A stretch of 64,000 nucleotides of DNA, taken from Octopus bimaculoides. Its lineage: Eukaryota. A model generated the notes under the pieces. That model did no database searches and had not been told where the DNA came from. It saw nothing but the letters and a program-made list of their open reading frames with translations. This document shows positions 25,972-39,369 of this stretch, in pieces; the first letter of the stretch is position 1; each line of letters opens with the position of its first letter. The stretch spans positions 36,289,623-36,353,622 of the forward strand of contig NC_068998.1 in NCBI RefSeq assembly GCF_001194135.2. The letters are read 5' to 3'. The translations under genes and the position numbers were made by a program.

Positions 25972-26500
25972 CTCAGGGTGTAGAGTCTTAGCACCTGTAG
26001 AATATAAAGCAAGACATGACAGAGTCGGCCAGTATTTACACTGGACAATATGTCGGCATTACAAAATCAAAACCGTTGACAAATGGTATAAACACCATCC
26101 TGAAGCTGTGACTGAGAGAGAAAATGTATCGATTCTCTGGGACTTCCCCGTACATACCGACAAAACTATAAAAGCTAATAAACCGGATATCGTTATAAAA
26201 GATCAGACAAAAAAGATGTGTTTATTAATTGACATGAGTATTCCCTCTGATCATAATATAGCGGTGAAAGAACTTGACAAGAACAGTAAATATAAAGACT
26301 TGCTAATAGAAATTGAAAAAAAGGTGGCATCTCAAGGCGACTACCATACCAGTGATTGCAGGATCCTTAGGAATGATAAAAGAAGGTACGGAAACCTATT
26401 TGAAAATGATACCAGGCCTACCATCCCTACAGGAAGTGCAAAAAATCGTGTTGATAGGAACGAAACATGTACTGAGAAGAGTATTATCGCTGTGAATTTA
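25972..26500 (+). mobile_element. Dong/R4 LINE 3' end (RLE domain), frameshifted
   Basis: YKARHDRVGQYLHW..WYKH.PEAV..ILWDF..KANKPDIVIKD..LLIDMSIP..KYKDL..IPVIAGSLG..KIVLIGTKHVLRRVLSL*, followed by (AAT)n. Confidence 0.9.
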
Positions 26501-26513
26501 ATAATAATAATAA

Positions 26514-26815
26514 TACAAAGACCTGGAAATAGAGGTAACTCGAATGTGGAATCTAAAAACAGAAACAATTCCTATCATAGTAGGTGCCTTAGGTATATTA
26601 AAAAAAATATTCAGGCAAATACATAACAAAAACACCAGGACTTACAAACATATATAACATACAGAAAATTGCACTACTGGGCACTGCACACATCCTACGC
26701 AAAACACTTTCAATACAGTAACCATAAGAGCATCACAGCAAACCACAGCACATACCCAAGGCGCACAGAGCTGCGCTCGGTGGTGAAGTGAAAGCACGTT
26801 ATAAAAATAAAACTA

Positions 26816-26818
<3 letters not shown>
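26514..26818 (+). mobile_element. Short 5'-truncated Dong/R4 copy with 3' UTR and (AAT)n tail
   Basis: KDLEIEVTRMWNLKTETIPIIVGALG..IQKIALLGTAHILRKTLSIQ*, then UTR and (AAT)n at 26819-26928. Confidence 0.9.
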
Positions 26819-26895
<77 letters not shown>

Positions 26896-26928
26896 TAATA
26901 ATAATAATGACAATAATAATAATAATAA

Positions 26929-28813
26929 AGGGTACCAAAAGTGGGGCCGGGGAACGAAGGATCAGCTGTTAATTGATAATCTAATTATCAGAAACTGTAA
27001 GAGAAGACACACAAACCTGAGCACGGCATGGATTGACTGTCGTAAAGCATACGATACGACACCACACTCCTGGATAACAAGAACAATGGAAATGTATGGA
27101 GTAGCAGGAAACATGAGAAACTTTGTATGGAACAGTATGAAATGTTGGAGAACTGAATTGACAGCAGGGAATGAGGTATTAGGAGAGGGGAAAAATCAAG
27201 ACAGGAATCTTCTAGGGGGACGGTATGTCCCCGCTGATCTTTGTGCTGGGAATAATGCCCTTGAGTGAAATACTACAGAAGATAAAGTTGGGTTATGATC
27301 TTGGAAGAGGTAAGGGAAAACTGAACCACTTACTATTCAAGGACGACTTGAAGTTGTTCACAAAAAGTGAGACAAAACTGGACATCCTAGTCCAGTCTGT
27401 ACAGATTTTGTCGAATGATATTAAGATGAAGTTTGAACTCTCAAAATGTGCTACGATGGTGATGAGACAAGGAAAGCTTGATAGGACAGATAGTATATGT
27501 ATGCCAAGTCGTGAAATGATAAATACTTGGGAATACTTGAGGCAGATGAAATTAAATACATCGATATGAAAGAAAAGACAAAGAAAGAGTACCTGCGGCG
27601 AGCGAGAAAAATATTGGCTTCAAAGCTGAATGCCAGAAACATAATTTCGGCAATAAACTCGCGCGCAGTCGCAGTGGTTCGGTATGGTGCTGGAATCGTG
27701 AATTGGACAAAGCTAAAGGAATTGGAGAGGAAGACAAGAAAGGTCCTAACGATGCAAGGAGCCCGTAATCAAGTTGCAGACACTAATCGCCTATACATGA
27801 AGAGAGCAAATGGAGGAAGGGAACTGATAAGTGTGGAAGACCGCGTACGTATCGAACTCGAGAGTTTAATGAGATACCTATTCCAAAGTAAGGAAATCTC
27901 TCTAGTGTCTGTCAGGAAAGAGAGAATATTGAAAGCAGAGAGAAAAAAAAGAAAAACAAAGGAAAAAGTACAAAAAGGTCAAGAAGAAGCTTTACGCAAC
28001 AAGGAACTACACAATCAATTCCATGCAGCCACGACAGAAGTTGCTGGAAAACATAGTCGGGATTCGCTGAAGAAAGGACCACTGAAAAAAAGAGACTGAG
28101 AGCACGACACTGGCAGCGCAAGACCAAGCTTTGGCCACGAATTGGAGGGTCAATCTTAGGAATGTGCAAGTGCCTTTGCTGTGCAGCATCTGTAAGTGCA
28201 TGGAGCGATCGAATGCCCTAGACTTGCCCAAAACCACTACAAGTTGTGGTAGTACGATCAGGTAGCGAAACTGTGCGAAAAGTGGGGGCTAGGGAGAGGC
28301 TAGACGTGATATGAGCACAAACCGCAGAGACTGGCGGAGTCGGAGACTTACAAGATCCTCTGGGATTTCCCAATCCAAACAGATCAGGTGCTAGAGCATA
28401 ACAGACGGGACACAGTGGTGGTTTATAAGGTGCACCACATATGCTATATAGTTGATGTTTCGCGTTCCTTTGACTACGAATAGTCAAGAATAAAGGAGAA
28501 AAATAGATAAATACAACACTCTTAAGTACGAAATAGCCCCGGCTAGGGAAAATGAAGAAGGTGCAGATGGTGTCAATTATTGTTGGGTCCTTGGGGACAG
28601 TATCAGAAGGTATCAAGAGGAATATAAAGGAAATCGTAATAGTGTGTCCAGCAGAACTGTTACAAAAGGTTTGCCTCCTTGGAACGGGCAGAATAATCAG
28701 GAAAGTATTAGATAGTCGAAAAGAACAGACAGCATGGCACTGTAGGCTGCAGGCCATAAGGCCGTTACGTATGCATGACTTCAAGAGTTCCAACAAAACC
28801 TGAGATAAAAGGA

Positions 28814-28815
<2 letters not shown>
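26929..28815 (+). mobile_element. Dong/R4 LINE, RT through RLE plus 3' UTR, decayed
   Basis: [113 protein letters not shown]. Flanked by (AAT)n on both sides. Confidence 0.92.
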
Positions 28816-28900
<85 letters not shown>

Positions 28901-28902
<2 letters not shown>

Positions 28903-29790
28903 TGATGCACAGTATGGTTATAAAATATTTGATAAAAATATAAATCATCTCATTTACATGGATGATTTAAAGCTCTTTGCAAAAAATGACCAACAACTCA
29001 AAGGCCTACTAGCNNNNNNNNNNNNNNNNNNNNNNNNNNNNNNNNNNNNNNNNNNNNNNNNNNNNNNNNNNNNNNNNNNNNNNNNNNNNNNNNNNNNNNN
29101 NNNNNNNNNNNNNNNNNNNNNNNNNNNNNNNNNNNNNNNNNNNNNNNNNNNNNNNNNNNNNNNNNNNNNNNNNNNNNNNNNNNNNNNNNNNNNNNNNNNN
29201 NNNNNNNNNNNNNNNNNNNNNNNNNNNNNNNNNNNNNNNNNNNNNNNNNNNNNNNNNNNNNNNNNNNNNNNNNNNNNNNNNNNNNNNNNNNNNNNNNNNN
29301 NNNNNNNNNNNNNNNNNNNNNNNNNNNNNNNNNNNNNNNNNNNNNNNNNNNNNNNNNNNNNNNNNNNNNNNNNNNNNNNNNNNNNNNNNNNNNNNNNNNN
29401 NNNNNNNNNNNNNNNNNNNNNNNNNNNNNNACGAAAACTGTTGACAATGCATAGAATGCACCACCCTAAGGCAGATATAGAACGTCTTTATCTGCCAAGA
29501 AAAGAGGGAGGCCGAGGACTTCTACAGCTGGCATTATCAATGAAGGTAGCCACAATTGGCCTAGACACACACCTATCTGAAAAACTCTGAGGACTGGATG
29601 CTAAAACTTGTCTTAAAATATGAAAGCAAGAAAGCATCTTACTCAGTAACAAAACAGGCAAAGGACTATCTAAGTGAATTCCAATTGCAACAAATTCAAG
29701 AATTAGACGAACTAGATACACCTGCAGAAAAAGCTAAGCGCTTGAAAACCCGTGCAAAAATTGCTGCCTTAGATATTATGACTGATTAAA
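28901..29790 (+). mobile_element. Dong/R4 RT-region fragment (gapped), truncated at both ends
   Basis: INHLIYMDDLKLFAKNDQQL / RKLLTMHRMHHPKADIERLYLPRKEGGRGL; starts directly after (AAT)n. Confidence 0.88.
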
Positions 29791-29899
29791 TTTGTGATCA
29801 TCGGCAAACAGGATTTAAGAAACAGCAAAAATATGAAAGAAAATTGTTTCTTAATGTAAATCATATCAGGACGGCGAAATATTTCTCTCATATATGAAA

Positions 29900-31200
29900 C
29901 ATAGCTGCTGTCAGGCACGATGTCACGAAAGGACAACTATGTGAAAATGTAAACAAAACGCGGAAATGCAATTTACCCACACAAGAATTGAAGCAATACG
30001 CGAGAATGCAATTTCGTACATAAACAAGACAACGAACAACACAGTGTTGAAACAAATTAAACGCGACAAATAATAATAACAATGAATACAAAATGCAACA
30101 CGTCTCATTTTGAATAGAAAGAAAAAAACAGATATGCTCAGCAATAAAACTTCGAAAACAAATAAAGGCGAATTTTTATCTATGAGCTTGAGGCGCTCAA
30201 GACACGAGAACAAAAATAGCATACAACCAAAGACGGTACTTTGCCAAGAAGTTAACTCTGAACAGGCAGACCCCTCTCCTAATGTCACTGCTCAAGCGAA
30301 AACGAAGAGAACGGTGGGAAGATGATGACTACTGAGAATTGCTTTATGCTTTCTACACTGGAAAACTATATTTGGGAAACACAGGGATAACAAAGAAACA
30401 TACCAAATATGGAGAAGAAATACTGATTGAAGGGGAAATTCTCAGAGAATACTTTTGCGAATGTCCGGCTATATAGCCTGCGAGGGTGGGGAGAAGTATC
30501 CCGAACCGAAATAGACAAACTAATAGATAAAATACACCCGGAAAATAAAATAAGACACTTCATAACTCAAAACAATGGGTCGCAATCAGGCAAAAACAGC
30601 ACACCAGACATATTTCCGAAAACGCATAAGACACCACAGAAGAAAGAAGGGAACACAATAGAGATAACACTGCAAACAGTAAATAAAAGGCTAAACCAAA
30701 GTAAACTCTCTACACAACTACCCAACCTAGGAATAAATAGAACAGCACAACAAATCAATAACAGACATAGACAGGCGAATACTGAAGCGCAATGCAAAGG
30801 AACACACACACACACACACATCATAACAGACTAGCTTTAACCAAGGACGGAGACCAACCGATTGAAGAAATTACAAAAGTAGAAGAACTAATCATCACAC
30901 AGTCAATAAATATGGACCTGCGCAAGCATCTCCCCAGGCTACAGAAAAATAAAGAGCTCTATGAAAGATAAATAGATACATCAGAACCTTACAAGTAATA
31001 ATGATAATATCAAAAGATACACTAGATATTAACAAAGTAAATGACTTGATCTACTCAACAGCTGTAGTGATATCCAGGGAAACTGAACTTGACCCTCACA
31101 AAGAAAAAAAAGGTCTCAGCCAAATCTCAAACCCCCAAATAGAAAAAGGTCCATATAACAAAACAATACAACATAAAAAGATCGGAACAGATGGATAGAG
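29900..31200 (+). mobile_element. Decayed 5'/N-terminal part of a Dong/R4 ORF
   Basis: ELLYAFYT..TYQIWRR..SENTFANVR..EIDKL and INKVNDLIYSTAVVIS resemble the R4-clade N-terminal region. Confidence 0.55.
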
Positions 31201-31397
31201 GAAATAGGCATAAACCCCGCTTTTGTACACTGCAAAAAAACAGTGTTATTAGGGAGAGCTAATATTTAGGAGGGTTCTTAGCATCTAAGGTTACTTGCTG
31301 TAACCCGATAGGAGTGTTCTTGGCATCTAAGGCAACTTGTAGCCCGATGTTAGAATTGCTTTCTTTTCTAACAGTCTAATCTGTTGAGTGTATATGA

Positions 31398-31427
<30 letters not shown>

Positions 31428-31431
<4 letters not shown>

Positions 31432-31600
31432 CAAATTTAGGTACAAGGCCAGCGATTTGGAGGGAAAAGGGCTAGTCGATTACATCAACTCCAGTGCTTA
31501 ATTGGTACCTATTTTATCGACTCCGGAAAAGATGGATGGTGAGGTCGACCCCGGCGGAATTTGAAGAGCGGGAAGAAACGCCACCAAAAGTGACCGCTCA
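31428..31600 (-). mobile_element. SINE S2
   Basis: Family consensus. Confidence 0.85.
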
Positions 31601-32334
31601 CGTAGTATCCCTTTATTGGTAAACATGATAGTCTGAATAGACGAACAGTAGTAAAGATGTTGAAAACTATATTTAACCAGTGATGCCAATGCCGCCGATT
31701 TTTGAGACTGAATTTGTTTGGATCAATAATTAACGGAAGAAGAGCGCATTTTTAGATATGTTTGTGGGAAACACTTCGGCTCCTGGCAAAATTTCTCACC
31801 TATTCCAATTTGAGACATCTCTCCGAAGGAATTTCCTTAAAACCCAAGTATAAAAAGCAGATTAAGCCTCTAGTCTAAAACGTTAATTTAAGTTACATGT
31901 CTATGAATTTGTAAAATTAAAAATACATTATTTTCCTTGGCAAAAATATATCCCAGATTTTATGTTCTTAAGATTCGTCTCTGATATAAATTTTTCCTGC
32001 ACATGTAACAGATGAAAAGATTAAGAAAGGAATTTATAAAAACGAGAAAATGGATGTTTATTGGGTTGATGAGAAGAGGAGACAAATGTATTTCGTTGTT
32101 GCTGTGATTTAGCTTTAGGTCAGCTTTGGGAGGATACAGTAAATACGTTTTAGCTATTACTATCCCATCTTTTTAAAGTATAATATATCTAGTGTTCCGT
32201 TACCCTGGATACAAAGCTGCCTTTTTGAAGATTTATTTTCTATTTCTAGCTGGTCGGTGACTATATGTATGCTTCATGGTGATGTTTGTATGGAGGTTGT
32301 TTTGGTGGAGGTGATACAAGTTTTATAAGTTCAC

Positions 32335-32742
32335 AGGTTTGGCTGCATGGTAAGAAACTCCCTTCTCTACCACATGGTTCCGGGTTCAGTTCCATTGCGT
32401 GGCACCTAGGACAAGTGTTTTCTGCTATAGACTCAGGGGCCGACCAAGGTGTTGTGAGTGAGTTTGGCAGACGGAAACTGAAAGAAGCCCTTCATATGTG
32501 CGTGTGTATGTATGTGGGTGTGCGTGTGTGTGAATGTGTGTGAGTCTTTGTGTGCGTGTGTTTGTCCCCCACCTCCGCTAGACAACCGTAGCGGTTCAGC
32601 AATAAGAAAACGATAGAATAAGTACAAGGCTTAAAAAGATAAGTCCTGGGGCAGATTTCTTCGACTAAAATACTTCAAGGTGGGGATCCATCATGACCGC
32701 AGACAAATGACTGAAACAAGTAAAAGATAAAGGATAAAAGAT
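32335..32742 (+). mobile_element. SINE S1, full length
   Basis: Family consensus. Confidence 0.92.
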
Positions 32743-33517
32743 AGTCGTTGCAATCGAAAAGACAGACATCAGTTATGATTTGGCCTTTGATTTTAGAGTG
32801 TTGATGAATGGTAGTTCACCAGTCATGCAGAAGGCCTTTTACTGCATATAGTACAGAATATTTGCATATAAGTAGCATCTGCACAGCCCCAAATTTCTGG
32901 CCAGTACTCCAAGACTTATTTGTGTTTACTAAATGATAACAGCTGTTTAGAGATGTAATTTTGTTCAGTTGGGAAAGAAAGAAAAAGGCCTAATGATTAC
33001 AATGTAGAGCTGATATTTCTATATGCAACTACAAAAACAGTTGAGATTCGGGATTAGCATTTGTAGAAAATGGGTAGGATTTAATATGGTTAGTATTCAT
33101 GAATACGGAGGCTGTAATGGTCTGTTGCTAACTTGGTATGTTTAATGTTTGTGTTTTATAGCTGTTGAATGAAACCATATTATTTCCCAATGCAGGGTGT
33201 TTACGATGTGTCTCTTCATTGATATGCACATATGTTGACGCTAACGTGAGGAAAGTTGAGAAGAAATAAAAAGCAGCTTCTGCGATGTACGCATATACTT
33301 GATTACAGGTAAGAACGGGTTAGTCGTTACTGTTCAGAAGGAAGAGGGAAGGCGAGAGTGAGACGTTTGTAAGAGATGGAAACCATATAACCAGATGGCG
33401 GTTACTTTTCAGAAGGACACGAAAGAAAGGCAGTAGCTTTACATTCTCTTGTTTTCAAAAGCAGACGACCATATGTATGTATGCATATATATATGTCATT
33501 ATTTGTACGTATGTGCA

Positions 33518-33732
33518 AGGTGGCAAGCCAGCAGAATCGTTAGCGCACTGGATGAAATGCCCATCCGTATTTCGCCCGTCACAATACTCTGAGTTCAAAT
33601 TCTGCCGAGGTCGATTTTGCCTTTCATCCTTTCGGGGTCGATAAAATAAGTACCAGTTGAACGCTGTGGTCGATCAATTCGACTCATCCCCTCCCCCAAA
33701 ATTGCTGCCCTTGTAGAAAAATTTGAAACCAT
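33518..33732 (+). mobile_element. SINE S2 with a 15-bp target-site duplication
   Basis: cattatttgtacgta at 33497-33511 and 33730-33744. Confidence 0.92.
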
Positions 33733-33769
33733 TATTTGTACGTACATATGCATGTATACATTCTCTTTC

Positions 33770-33922
33770 TCTTTTTAATTTTAGAGTAAAATATGATCGG
33801 CCACGTGCTTGGAGGAAAGTATCTTCTTTGAACCATCATCTTTTAAATCATAAGAAGGTCTTGCAAGATTTTATAGTTCCAGATATCGTTGTCATTTGTA
33901 GAATATGAATTAAGGATTTGCA
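33770..33922 (-). mobile_element. Very short 3' end of an R4-like LINE (same family as 39370-39990)
   Basis: Clear nucleotide similarity to 39355-39520, the 3' end of an RLE element. Confidence 0.6.
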
Positions 33923-35379
33923 TATGTATGTATGTCATTATTCAGTTTATTTCAAGATTTCTAGCCAATAGAGAAAGAACCGGTTTCTAACCTAGATCCA
34001 AGACTACTTCATTGGAATTTCAACATCAACAACAGGATATTTTTGTTTGTTTGTTTGTATGTATGTATGTATGTATAGACAATTGAGGAAGCAATGCTTG
34101 TCATCGTCAACAACACAGGAAACACGATAAGGAAGGAGTGGGTATTTATGAAAAAAACAAACAAAAAAACATGCATTTTTCATGCTGAATTTATGTGAGT
34201 TGCGCGAAAACGCGCCGCCAGTGAATGGGGCAATCTTGTACACTCGGGCAAATTTATACTTTTCACTTTTGGCTCCGCTTGTNNNNNNNNNNNNNNNNNN
34301 NNNNNNNNNNNNNNNNNNNNNNNNNNNNNNNNNNNNNNNNNNNNNNNNNNNNNNNNNNNNNNNNNNNNNNNNNNNNNNNNNNNNNNNNNNNNNNNNNNNN
34401 NNNNNNNNNNNNNNNNNNNNNNNNNNNNNNNNNNNNNNNNNNNNNNNNNNNNNNNNNNNNNNNNNNNNNNNNNNNNNNNNNNNNNNNNNNNNNNNNNNNN
34501 NNNNNNNNNNNNNNNNNNNNNNNNNNNNNNNNNNNNNNNNNNNNNNNTAATCGACTTCTTCCCTCCTTCCTTCGAAGTTGCTTACTCCCTTCCTCCTTCG
34601 AATGTAACAAAATTTGAAACTAATACACACACATACACACGCACACACAGGCACACACACACGCGCACCCGCACGTACACACGCACACACACACAAGCAC
34701 ACACACACACACATTCACGCACGCACGCACACACGCACGCACGCACGCACGCACATACGCACACACACACACACACACACACACTCACGGGTTCGTGCTG
34801 TTTTTGTTGAGTTCTGTTTTATAACACATTTGACCAAAAATAAACGTTATCACTAGAAGCTTTATTCCCTTTACTCTTCCTGTATCTTGATCTGCAAAGG
34901 ATCCCGTTCCCATCCGCATGCACACACACAAAGACATGTAGACAAACACATACACATACGTATGTGCACATAAACACACGTATACACATATACACACAAA
35001 TAAGCCTGTACGTACACGTACACACATAAGCCTGTACGTACACGTAAACACATACACTAATAAATATACTGATGAGTGTACATGCTATGTACACACACAT
35101 AGACACACATATGTACACATAGAGTTACTTGCGTAATACAAAATCACGCAGACAAAAAAAAAAGCATGCGTAGGGCCACCAACAGTCACACGCACGTACA
35201 AGCATATGCACACTCGACACATACGCAGACACAAGAACAAAATCACAAAAATCAGTAAGTTCAAACACACCCACAGACAGCATACACAGTGTGAAAGCAT
35301 AAGGCTTATATCTCAACGGAGACCGATAATAAATGGAGGTGGGGGAACAACCATAATAACCTAGTCTTTGTTTGTCTAG

Positions 35380-35605
35380 GAGCTATGTTCAGCTATCAAT
35401 TGATTCCTCCTAAATTCACATCCTGTTCACATAAGCGTATCATTTTCAATGGTACTTTCAGTAAAATCTCTAGATTGTTATCTTCGAACATTAGAGAGGA
35501 AAATGGTGTCGTACTAGCAGTAGAGGGAACAAAGAACTCATGTCTGACATTACAAACGTTTCGTTATCTTGGTTGGAAACCATACACGTCCAATAGGCTG
35601 AGTAT
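35380..35605 (+). CDS. Candidate coding exon (gene C): (G)AMFSYQLIPPKFTSCSHKRIIFNGTFSKISRLLSSNIREENGVVLAVEGTKNSCLTLQTFRYLGWKPYTSNR
   Basis: Acceptor ctttgtttgtctag and a long open frame similar to 20853-21080. Donor not identified, so the 3' boundary is approximate. Confidence 0.4.
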
Positions 35606-36409
35606 TTATTTATGTATCGCTCCACGTTCGACAAAAATAAAACGTGCCTCCATTTTAGATCAACTAAATATCCGATAAAATTCGTGTCGTATAACTGGTG
35701 TTGGAGTTTGTGTCCACTGGCTGAGATTCTTCACTTTCAAATAGTGCAGTCTATATAGTTAGTTGTAAGTAGGTACTGTAGAAGGTCAATAGGTTAATCC
35801 TTGTGGCTGTAAGTCAACAAGGAGTGTTATAACTTAACTAGTATTAGCTTGTAATGGCAAGTTATTATGCACTCCAGTGCGGGGTGACCAATATGTGTGT
35901 GCGTGTGCGCGCGCGTTCTTGTGTGCGTGCGTGTGTGTGTACAGTATTTACTCATGTGTTGCACTCTAAATTTTTCAGTTAAAATCAAGTATAAAATAAT
36001 ATTACTTGCATAGAGATTCGGGCTAAATTTGATAATTTTTTATGTCTGTTTTTTGTTTTTCTACACGAATAGCTTGATGTGCTGGTAAACAGTCAACGGC
36101 GTATGAGAGCATAAAGATTAAAGTTGTAGTCGAGAAAAAGTTATCTGATATGGAAAGCTAGAAGCCAATTGAATATTGGAAAAGAGTTAACTGCATCAAG
36201 ATGATTTGCATGGAATATCAATATGTCGACATAATGACTGCTGCTCAATGCCCTGTGAACAATTGCATGAAAGTTAGATATGAATTTCGTTATGGGACTC
36301 GATGTGACCTACGATGGGCAGGTCATACTAGATGTCAAGAATACATGTTGACTTGTCTTACATTCGCTACACAAAAAAAAGTTGGGTGTTAAAAACCAGA
36401 AGCAGAACG

Positions 36410-36575
36410 GTTTTAAGTTTTAGCACAAGGTTAACAATTTTGGCGAACCGTTAAGTCGATTCAACTGGAACTTATTTTATCGATCCCGGAAGAATGAAAA
36501 GCAAAAGTTTACCTCAGCGGAATTTGAACTCACAACGTAAAGCCAGGTGAAATGCCGCTAAGTATTTTTCCCGAA
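36410..36575 (-). mobile_element. SINE S2
   Basis: Family consensus. Confidence 0.85.
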
Positions 36576-36659
36576 GCAAGTGGTTACATACTTAAATAAA
36601 AATCTTAATCAGAAATAACTATTAGATTTTTGACTCTCACTATATTATATATCTTTAAT

Positions 36660-37080
36660 CCTTCCCTTCACCTCTTACTCGTATTAGTTATTGGATCGCG
36701 GCCATGCTGGGGTACCACCTTGAAAGGTTCACTAGAACAGATCGACCCTAATACTTGTTTTTAAGTCCGGTACGTATTCTATGGGTCCCTTTTGGCGAAC
36801 CGTTAAGTTATGGGGGCGTAATGAAACCAACACTGGTTGTCAAACGACGGTGGAGATATACACAGCACAAATACAAAGTCACACACATAAATATATTGAC
36901 ATATAGAAGTATATATATGCGATGAACGTCTTCCTGTTTCCGTGTACCAAGCCCACAAAGCTTTGGTCGGCCCGCGACTTTAGTTGGGGACTCTTGCCCA
37001 CGATGCCATAGAGTGGAACTGAACACGGAACCATGTGCTTGGGAAGCAAACTTCTTACTACACAGTCATGCCTGTGCCTA
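36660..37080 (-). mobile_element. SINE S1, full length
   Basis: Family consensus. Confidence 0.9.
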
Positions 37081-37544
37081 CATAGTAAAATTAACTTAAC
37101 TATATACTTTTAAGCGAATCACGTCACTGAGCAACTAATCCCAATGGTTTACTTTTTTAAACTAAATATAAGTCGATAATGAAGAAGCGCTCAAGATAGA
37201 AGACAATGTCGAGAGGACAAGAAAAACAAAAGAAACAAATGTCAAAGAAATAACGAGGCCCTATCTAATGATATTCAGTGTAGTTGATATATTTCAGATG
37301 TTTACACGGCATTTGGCCTGTTCTTTTAAAATGACTGAAACACTAATCATGTTGTGAGTGACGCAAATCAACATTTGGTAACCATTGCATATTTTATTTA
37401 AATGTAGAAACTTTTAGGGCAAGTTAACCTGGTTGTTTACCACCCAATCGTGGTAGTTTCCCCGTCTATTCGACCTCTCATACAATCGCAAATCAGCTAG
37501 ACTAGCAGACCTCAAAGACGACAGAAGGTGAAACGCTCAGCGTA

Positions 37545-38400
37545 CCAAAAAAAAAAAGGACTATACATGGGTATGTTTCTTGCAAACTTGAAGAAGATAG
37601 TAACAGATTACATGATATTTCAATGTCTATGGAGTTTGTAATTCAAGAACAGGAAATTGTTACTAAATACCTAATCAACAAAAGAGACAATGAAGTCCTT
37701 GAGTTCCAAAATGCCACCGTAAATGTAGATTATGTCATATTTCTGTGCAAGATATCCCACATGTGATCAGCAGCTGTCCAAAAATGTCTTCTAGGTACTA
37801 CCTCCCTACACGACATGACATTGTCACAAAAACAATATACAATGCGATTCGGAAAACAGACGGTCCTGAAATAAATATGGAGAATCCCCCTGTTATTGAA
37901 TACATACTCAAATACCAGCACAAGGAATACTGGTGGAGCATTCCCATCAAAACGTCTGCCAAGTGTAGGCATAAGAGGCCAGATATTGTTGTTTGGGGCA
38001 GACAAAAAAAGTATGTACCGTCATAGAGGTCAGCTATCCTGCTGTTGTGAATATCTCTTTGAAAATCAAAGAGAAAGAAAAAAACTATGAACAATTGCTT
38101 CTAAATCTCCAGATTCTATATCCGGATTACAAATTTACATTTATACCAATAATGATTGGAGCACTTGGTTTTGTCAGTAAATGCCTAACTGTCAGTCTGG
38201 ATAAGCTTGGATTTTCAGAAAAAGAAATCAACCAATTGACTCGCTCGTTACAAATACAATCTGTAAGCGGAACGGTAAAACTATGCAAGACTTTTCTCGA
38301 GTTTAAAATGTGACGTTGTTTTCGTTATCTACATTCCAAGGATGGAGATTTATGTCTTTGTTAGAAACCAGTTCCTTCTTCAGAGGAAGAATTTAAATGA
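37545..38400 (+). mobile_element. R4-like RLE LINE 3' part (second family)
   Basis: CRLCHISVQDIPHVISSCP zinc finger, RHDIVTKT, YWWSIPIKT..RHKRPDIVVW, VIEVSYP, IPIMIGALG, SVSGTVKLCKTFLEFKM*. Confidence 0.85.
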
Positions 38401-38454
38401 TTAAATGAAGAAGGGACAGACAAACATAAATACACATATACTTTTCCCAAGTTC

Positions 38455-38575
38455 ATCATGTGACGTTATTTTTTATCATCGACATTGCAGCGATGGAGAT
38501 TGGTAGCATTGTTAGAAACTAACTCATTTATTATAGAAACACTTCAAATGGTTAAAAAAGTGAATAAAAATACAT
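38455..38575 (+). mobile_element. Second, diverged 3'-UTR-only copy of the preceding element
   Basis: tgtgacgttattttttatc...gatggagatt...ttgttagaaac parallels 38308-38370. Confidence 0.55.
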
Positions 38576-38581
38576 ACATAG

Positions 38582-38640
<59 letters not shown>

Positions 38641-39369
38641 ATTCTACCTACCTACTTACCTACCTACCTACCTACCTACCTACCTACCTACCTACCTATC
38701 TCTCTNNNNNNNNNNNNNNNNNNNNNNNNNNNNNNNNNNNNNNNNNNNNNNNNNNNNNNNNNNNNNNNNNNNNNNNNNNNNNNNNNNNNNNNNNNNNNNN
38801 NNNNNNNNNNNNNNNATATATATATATATATATATATACACATAAGGGTTGTAGAAAGACTCTGGTTTGTGTATGTACGCGTAGCAAAATCATTCCGAAA
38901 AAGAGACCCTTTAAAATCAAACGCCCTAATAACTTGTTGCTATCCTCTTATTGGGAAAATATAGAAATTCCTCTGATCTAAAACTTGTACTTCAAATATT
39001 TTCCACTTATCTAACTCCTACTTGTCATAGGATACCTAGAGTGGCAAACATGTCGTACAATCGTATGTGATTATAATGCTTGATGTTTCGTATGAAACCG
39101 CCGTCAATTGACAAGATGAAACCGCATGATTGTGTATGTATGTATGTATGTATGTGTGTATGTATGTATGTATGTATGTATGTATGTATGTATGTGTGTA
39201 TGCATGTTTGTATGTATGCGTGCATGTATGTATGTATGTATTTATGTATATGTGTAGGCATGAAAGAAGACGGGATGGTGGATGGCTGTCTGAATATATG
39301 ATTGTATGTTTCTATGAATACATAAACCTATGTATCTATAAATATATGTTTACTTTTTCCTTTTAATTT

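Noticed and set aside
33945-34040. Minus-strand GAAACCGGTTC with an upstream stem, hammerhead-like
   Set aside because: The core reads CCAATGA rather than CTGANGA, so it cannot be supported from this copy.
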